DNA from: Klebsiella phage KPP2018
Sequence record: NC_110934.1
DNA length: 64,000 bases
Strand: one strand, 5' to 3'
The notes beneath the pieces are model-generated. The model was not told the origin of the DNA. It saw only the letters and a program-made list of their open reading frames with translations, and made no database searches. Each line of letters opens with the position of its first letter. Position 1 is the stretch's first letter. Shown here piece after piece: positions 58,748-64,000 of this stretch. A program made the position numbers and the translations under genes.

Positions 58748-60622
58748 ATGAATCGCAATGAAGAACTAAAGTATAAAGAAATGCAGGCGTTAATTAGAAA
58801 CTGCAAAGAGATTATCGAAGGGTCAGCAGATGAAGAGCTGCTGTTTAATAATGCTAATAAACCCTCAGAACGTTTCCCTACACAAAGGGATATGCTTGCA
58901 GGTGAATTGAGTAAGTATCTGATTCTAGAAGAAATGCCAATTCAGATTCGAAATGCTCATATGATTGGGGATATTCATTTCCATGATGCTGATTATGCTG
59001 CATTAGGCATGACTAATTGTTGTCTGGTAGCTCTGGAAGATATGTTGAAGAATGGTATGAAGGTTGGTAATGCTGAAATTAGCACTCCAAACTCTATCAC
59101 TACTGCGGCGGCTATTACTGCTCAGATTATCACTCAGGTTAGCTCCCATCAGTATGGTGGTACTTCTGTAGATCGCCTTGATGAAGTATTAGCCCCTTAT
59201 GTTCGTAAATCCTATGACAAAAATCATGCGTTTGCAAAACGTTGGACTAAGGATGAAGCCAAAGCATCCGTAATGGCTACGGAGATGACTGAAAAAGAAG
59301 TCTATGATGCCTGTCAAGGTCTGGAGTATGAAATCAATACGATGTTCAACTCTAATGGTCAGAGTCCATTTATTACCTTTGGTTTTGGTCTAGGAACTTC
59401 TTGGGAAGCACGTCTAGTACAGAAAGCAATACTGAAAGTACGCATGGATGGTTTAGGTATCAATAAACGTACAGCTATCTTCCCGAAACTGGTATTTGTA
59501 CTTCGTGATGGTGTTAATATGAAACCAGGAGATGTTAATTATGACATCAAGAAGTTAGCTATGAAATGTACTGCTGAACGTATGTATCCAGACTATATCA
59601 GCTATGATAAGGTTGTGGAAGTTACTGGGGACTACAAAGTTTCTATGGGCTGCCGTTCATTCTTAGCTGCTACAGAAGATGGTGAAACTGCCGGTCGTAA
59701 TAACTTAGGTGTTGTTTCTGTAAACTTGCCTAGAATTGCTATCGAAGCTGAAGGAAATATTGACCTATTCTTTGATTTGCTTGAGCTACGTGTAGATACA
59801 GCATTAAAAGCGTTGGAGTGGAGAGTTGATCGCTTAAAATACATTCAAGCTAAAGCTGCGCCCATCCTCTATATGTCAGGAGCCTTTGGGTTACGCTTGG
59901 AGCCTGATGAATACGTATTCGATCATTTCTATAACCGTGCTTCTGTATCTCTAGGGTATATTGGTTGCCATGAAATGCTACAGTTCATGTTTGGCAAAGA
60001 TGTAGACACAATGTCCGAGACCTGCATCAAGTTTGTTCAGCGTGTATTGCAGTACATGCGGGATAGAGTCGATCAGAAGAAGGAAGAAACTAAGTTAGGT
60101 TATAGCCTGTATGCTACACCATCAGAATCCCTATGTGACCGTTTTTGTCGTCTAGACCGTGAATATTTCCCGGAACATGAAGATATTCTGTCCAAAGGAT
60201 ACTACACTAACTCTCACCACCTTGATGTAGAACGTAAAGTTGCTCCCAATGTGAAATTTGATTATGAATCTAACTTTACTCCGATTGCTTCTGGTGGGTG
60301 CATTTCCTATGTAGAACTACCGGATATGAAACGATTCCCAGATGCACTGGAATGGGTTATTAATTATGCTGCTAGTAAGGTTCATTACTTCGGTATTAAT
60401 ACCCCAGTGGATTCTTGTGGTAAATGTGGATTCTTAGGTGAAACAATAGCATCCGAAGATGGATTTAAGTGCCCTATCTGTGGTAATCATGACCCCGAAA
60501 CTCTTGAAGTAACTCGTCGAGTTTGTGGGTATCTTGGAAATCCGGGTGCTCGTCCATTTAACCCAGGCAAACAGCACGAGGTGATGGGCAGAGTGAAACA
60601 TCAGGATATTCGAGCTAAATAA
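58748..60622 (+). CDS. nrdD: Anaerobic ribonucleoside-triphosphate reductase, 624 aa
   Basis: C-terminal Zn ribbon CxxC...CxxC and glycyl-radical motif RVCGYLG. Confidence 0.85.
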   Translation: MNRNEELKYKEMQALIRNCKEIIEGSADEELLFNNANKPSERFPTQRDMLAGELSKYLILEEMPIQIRNAHMIGDIHFHDADYAALGMTNCCLVALEDMLKNGMKVGNAEISTPNSITTAAAITAQIITQVSSHQYGGTSVDRLDEVLAPYVRKSYDKNHAFAKRWTKDEAKASVMATEMTEKEVYDACQGLEYEINTMFNSNGQSPFITFGFGLGTSWEARLVQKAILKVRMDGLGINKRTAIFPKLVFVLRDGVNMKPGDVNYDIKKLAMKCTAERMYPDYISYDKVVEVTGDYKVSMGCRSFLAATEDGETAGRNNLGVVSVNLPRIAIEAEGNIDLFFDLLELRVDTALKALEWRVDRLKYIQAKAAPILYMSGAFGLRLEPDEYVFDHFYNRASVSLGYIGCHEMLQFMFGKDVDTMSETCIKFVQRVLQYMRDRVDQKKEETKLGYSLYATPSESLCDRFCRLDREYFPEHEDILSKGYYTNSHHLDVERKVAPNVKFDYESNFTPIASGGCISYVELPDMKRFPDALEWVINYAASKVHYFGINTPVDSCGKCGFLGETIASEDGFKCPICGNHDPETLEVTRRVCGYLGNPGARPFNPGKQHEVMGRVKHQDIRAK

Positions 60623-60624
60623 GC

Positions 60625-60660
60625 TAATCAGCCGGGTTGCTAGTCGACCTGGCTTTTATT
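60625..60660 (+). terminator. Rho-independent terminator after nrdD
   Basis: Hairpin followed by ttttatttta. Confidence 0.55.
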
Positions 60661-60664
60661 TTAT

Positions 60665-60720
60665 TTGCTTTCAGCCAAAAATTTATATATAATAGATTTA
60701 TAAATTTGAGAGGAGAAAGA
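60665..60720 (+). promoter_or_regulatory. T5 P25-like early promoter (TTTGCTT...TATAAT...ATAAATTTGAGAGGAG)
   Basis: Near-identical in architecture to the classic T5 early promoters. Confidence 0.75.
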
Positions 60721-60721
60721 T

Positions 60722-61102
60722 ATGGAATTAAAGCCCTATATAGTTGAATCTACATGTGGTAGTTTCCATCTGGGTGTGGATGATATTGCTGAGGCTGTCT
60801 TTGCTGCTACAGGTGATTACTCGCATATAGAGGGTGTTGCATACCCTACCATTATTGGCGATTGGGTGGGAACAAATCTAGATGTATCACCTTATAACCC
60901 ATATTGCTTGTTTGATGAAGACAGAGATGAAGTAAAATGTAATCTTGAATTTGTGTATAATAGAGTGTTAAAAGTGTACCAACGTAGCCCCAATGGGTAC
61001 GAAGATATTACTTGGAGTATTAAACAGTATCTTAAAGATATATACTCTAGTTTTTCTGACGAAGACCTAGAAACAGTTGCAGTGGAGTTTAATAATGACT
61101 AA
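60722..61102 (+). CDS. Hypothetical protein, 126 aa
   Basis: ORF with an SD. Confidence 0.6.
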   Translation: MELKPYIVESTCGSFHLGVDDIAEAVFAATGDYSHIEGVAYPTIIGDWVGTNLDVSPYNPYCLFDEDRDEVKCNLEFVYNRVLKVYQRSPNGYEDITWSIKQYLKDIYSSFSDEDLETVAVEFNND

Positions 61103-61301
61103 GAATGTGAAACACCTTAAATATCGCTTAATTTACAACGGACGTATGGAAACAGAAGATCTGGCCCAATTAGCTATTAATTCTAATGAGGTTACTGTGC
61201 GTGCACTGGCAATTGAAAAGTTGCGTGCCTCTTATGAAAATCGTGTTATGGAATTAGAGGAGAAACTTTATGGCATTCTCGAAGCCGATGCTACCAGATA
61301 A
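61077..61301 (+). CDS. Hypothetical protein, 74 aa
   Basis: ORF. Confidence 0.5.
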   Translation: MQWSLIMTKNVKHLKYRLIYNGRMETEDLAQLAINSNEVTVRALAIEKLRASYENRVMELEEKLYGILEADATR

Positions 61302-61491
61302 GGGTTTAAACGCCGCTTTGGAAAACGCATTAATGCAGCACTGGGAAACTGGCTATAGGGATGGTGTTGAATCTTGCGCTACTATGCTAGAAGTTATTGC
61401 TAATACCTTAATGGAGAAAGGTAATAAAGAATTAGCTGAGCTGTTAGATAGTATTGTGCAAAACTTTAGAGAACAGGTGAAAAATGCGTAG
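61270..61491 (+). CDS. Hypothetical protein, 73 aa
   Basis: ORF. Confidence 0.5.
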   Translation: MAFSKPMLPDKGLNAALENALMQHWETGYRDGVESCATMLEVIANTLMEKGNKELAELLDSIVQNFREQVKNA

Positions 61492-62299
61492 ATTAATTAT
61501 TATTAGCGGTGCAGGTTTGAGTGTTGAAAGTGGTGTACGAGCTTTTCGTACTGATACTGCTAGTGGTAAAGCATTGTGGGATGATTATGATCTAGAAGAA
61601 GTATGTAATATTCATGCCTTTCGTGGTAATTTTTATCATAAAACCCATATGTTTTACAACAAGCGTCGTGAAGAGCTAAAAACTGTTGAACCCAATCTTG
61701 CGCATTTGCGTATTGGTGAATGGTATAAACAATATCCAGGTCAAATAGTAAACTTGACTACCAATGTTGATGACCTTATTGAGCGTGCTGGCGTTCCACA
61801 TAGTGACATTCTGCACATTCACGGATATTTAAAAGAGGTTGTTGTAGCTGATAGCTACAATAGTAGCAATAAACGGATTATTGATGTAGGATACAATTCT
61901 ATTGATCCAGATGATTATAAATGGGTTAAACCTAATGTAATCTTCTTTGGAGAGCATGCTCCAGCATATGCGGAGATGTACAATGTTTTTGATGGTATTA
62001 CCAGTCAAGATATGATCATTGTGGTTGGTTGCTCTAACCAAGTAATTAACTTCTACTGGGAATTATTTCCTGTTCTTAATTTGACTGCTGCCAAGCTAAT
62101 GGTTGTTAACTACTATGATAGTGCCCTAGCGGTGGAACCGGGCTATCAAGGTATGACTCGTAGTGAGATGTACCAGCTGGAAGAACGCGGTATCCCTTAC
62201 TGGAGTAAAGGTGCGGTAGATGCTTTCAGTGATCCTGATTTTATTGCTCGTGTAGAAGCTCATTTAGGGGGTAGACCTTATGTATCAGGAAATAAGTAA
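61484..62299 (+). CDS. Sir2-family (sirtuin-like) NAD-dependent deacylase/ADP-ribosyltransferase, 271 aa
   Basis: GAGLSVESGVRAFR matches the sirtuin NAD-binding motif GAG(I/L)SxxSG(I/V)xxFR. Confidence 0.65.
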   Translation: MRRLIIISGAGLSVESGVRAFRTDTASGKALWDDYDLEEVCNIHAFRGNFYHKTHMFYNKRREELKTVEPNLAHLRIGEWYKQYPGQIVNLTTNVDDLIERAGVPHSDILHIHGYLKEVVVADSYNSSNKRIIDVGYNSIDPDDYKWVKPNVIFFGEHAPAYAEMYNVFDGITSQDMIIVVGCSNQVINFYWELFPVLNLTAAKLMVVNYYDSALAVEPGYQGMTRSEMYQLEERGIPYWSKGAVDAFSDPDFIARVEAHLGGRPYVSGNK

Positions 62300-62792
62300 T
62301 ACTCCAATTATTTTTCTAGACATTGATGGGGTGCTCAATTCGAGCATCTCCCACCATCATGCACCCGATGATGAAAAGATTTTCTTTGGAAGTGACTGGG
62401 TTTTCAAACCGCTTCTCAAAGCTTTTCAGGACTTTATTCGCCCTTCTCCGATAATGATTGTTGGAGTATCATCTTGGTTCTCTGTTAGAAATGAGATGGA
62501 GAACGTTCAGATTATGACCGGATTAGGTCTTATCGATCGCTTTCTTGGTACAACGGATTTTACTGGGGGTGGATTATCTAGGGGTAATTCTGTTCTTCGC
62601 TTCGTTGAAAAGCATAGGCTCAAACATTGGTGTGTGCTTGATGATGCGGGTGCTATGATGTATCAGTATCCAACGGTTATAGTCAACGGTAGGACTGGGA
62701 TAAATCTTCAAGATTTAAAAGCTGTTAGCTATATGCTAGAATTTAGCCCAGATCTTGAAATGTGTAAGTCCTTACAACAATTTAAGGTGTAA
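62280..62792 (+). CDS. HAD-superfamily phosphatase or 5'-nucleotidase-like protein, 170 aa
   Basis: Motif I FLDIDGVLN. Confidence 0.55.
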   Translation: MYQEISNTPIIFLDIDGVLNSSISHHHAPDDEKIFFGSDWVFKPLLKAFQDFIRPSPIMIVGVSSWFSVRNEMENVQIMTGLGLIDRFLGTTDFTGGGLSRGNSVLRFVEKHRLKHWCVLDDAGAMMYQYPTVIVNGRTGINLQDLKAVSYMLEFSPDLEMCKSLQQFKV

Positions 62793-62794
62793 AT

Positions 62795-63223
62795 ATGTTT
62801 AATAATGTATTCTCTAAAGAAGCTAACCCAATTTTGGTTAACTTTTGGCGTACTCTCCCAGCTAGCCTGTATAATGAGGCTATTAACTCTTTGAAAATAT
62901 GGTGTGAGAATAACGAAATCTCCTTTGCTTTTAAAGATGATATTGATGAGGCTCCCTGTATTGGTTTAATTGTTCAGGTAGAGGATGGTCTTGAAGAGAT
63001 TGTGGGCTGGAAAGAGTTAGACGAAATGGGCTTAGTTTTTGCGTTAAACTATAAGCTGTTTATGCCTGCTAAGCATCGCCTCGTTGTTAACTATAAAACT
63101 AGTGAATCTCCTGGTTTTCAGGTTAATGAACGTTATGGTTGGTCTTACTCACCGGAAGAAGTAAATGAGGGGATTCAGAAACTTCGACGTTTCGGGTATA
63201 TGATCCCAGGTTTAACTGCCTAA
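62795..63223 (+). CDS. Hypothetical protein, 142 aa; paralogue of the next gene
   Basis: Shares PCIG...W.ELD.MGL..ALN..LF...PG with 63233..63625. Confidence 0.6.
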   Translation: MFNNVFSKEANPILVNFWRTLPASLYNEAINSLKIWCENNEISFAFKDDIDEAPCIGLIVQVEDGLEEIVGWKELDEMGLVFALNYKLFMPAKHRLVVNYKTSESPGFQVNERYGWSYSPEEVNEGIQKLRRFGYMIPGLTA

Positions 63224-63232
63224 GGGGGTATA

Positions 63233-63625
63233 ATGGAACAAGTATATTGGCGTCAGATTGACCCTAGTTTGGTGAAACGTGCGGAGAAGCTGCTACAACG
63301 TTGGTTGGGGGTAGGACAAGCCTCCTTCACTTTTCCTGAGCAGCAAATAGATGACCCCTGTATTGGTGTTTTTCTATCCGGCTACGCGGGGGAATGGGAA
63401 TTGGATTGGAATGAATTGTCTGCTATGGGCTTGATTGTTGCCCTAAACTTCTCTTTGTTCCACCCACGTGGTTTGGCCATATGTCGTGTGCCGGATGATG
63501 GTTGTTCGCCCCATCTTTTACAGGTGGAAGATGATATTTGGGAGTACACTCCAGGTATTCTCAAAGAAGCTAAAGAACAATTAAATCGTGTTGGGATTTA
63601 TGTTCCAGGCCTAAATGATGAATGA
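63233..63625 (+). CDS. Hypothetical protein, 130 aa; tandem paralogue
   Basis: See previous. Confidence 0.6.
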   Translation: MEQVYWRQIDPSLVKRAEKLLQRWLGVGQASFTFPEQQIDDPCIGVFLSGYAGEWELDWNELSAMGLIVALNFSLFHPRGLAICRVPDDGCSPHLLQVEDDIWEYTPGILKEAKEQLNRVGIYVPGLNDE

Positions 63626-63716
63626 CTTTTATTAGCTGAACTCTGATTACCGAGTCATTTTGGCTCGGTTTTATCCGTACTCAAGACCAATGCTAGCACC
63701 ATCCGGAAAATTTTAC

Positions 63717-63775
63717 TTGCAGGATGCCCAAAATCTTGATATAATATTTATATTGAATTGAGAGACATTAGTAAA
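63717..63775 (+). promoter_or_regulatory. T5-type promoter (TTGCAG, 17 nt, TATAAT, then ttatattgaattgagagaca)
   Basis: Read directly. Confidence 0.55.
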
Positions 63776-64000
63776 AATTGATTTTGCTAATTTTTCTTGT
63801 TTACAATCCGCGATACGGAACAGTTAGGCTGCCCCATTAAGGGTTGTTTTAACTATTACTAGTGTTTATATTGCATTAGTTAATCTTCAATTAAGTGATC
63901 TGTGTACCCTGAATTCGGAAAGGTAAATCCAAACCGTGCATATTTAGCTCGTTATATAGGCAGAGTTTTATATGGGGGTGCGAACGAAAAGAGCAGCGAA

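Noticed and set aside
1-64000. Is the window simply a concatemer of a 29.5-kb genome?
   Set aside because: The sequences following the two copies (13594.. vs 43058..) are unrelated, and 43058..64000 has no counterpart earlier, so it is not a tandem whole-genome repeat.

Overview
The window reads as the early-gene region of a T5-like siphovirus (Demerecviridae-type). Genes are short and almost all on the minus strand. Nearly every gene or tRNA block is preceded by a copy of a strongly conserved T5-type early promoter. There is a dense minus-strand array of at least 26 tRNA genes with small ORFs and unexplained structured non-coding stretches between them. Recognisable genes include dNMP kinase, a lysis block (holin, M15-type endolysin, i- and o-spanin), two calcineurin-like phosphatases, thioredoxin, a ClpP-like peptidase, an SPFH/HflC-like protein, a GatB/YqeY-domain protein, a SleB-like hydrolase, a DEDD exonuclease, a NADAR-domain protein, RNase H, thymidylate synthase (frameshifted), DHFR, NrdB, NrdA, PhoH, NrdD, a Sir2-like protein and a HAD phosphatase.

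Three things do not fit that background. (1) Positions 1..13593 and 29465..43057 are a near-identical direct repeat of 13,593 bp; I found a single difference, in the tRNA-Asp anticodon stem. The right end of copy 1 cuts through a gene and abuts a compositionally foreign block. (2) That block, 13594..~16560, is GC-richer. It holds an operon of tiny membrane proteins, about 1.65 kb of non-coding DNA with DnaA boxes, two iteron families and many palindromes, and it begins mid-ORF. (3) A plus-strand three-gene operon of low-complexity proteins (Gly-rich with an acidic tract, Gln-rich, Cys-rich) with its own sigma70 promoter sits inside the minus-strand tRNA region.

Several tRNAs are structurally atypical. 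Every feature in 1..13593 recurs at +29464.
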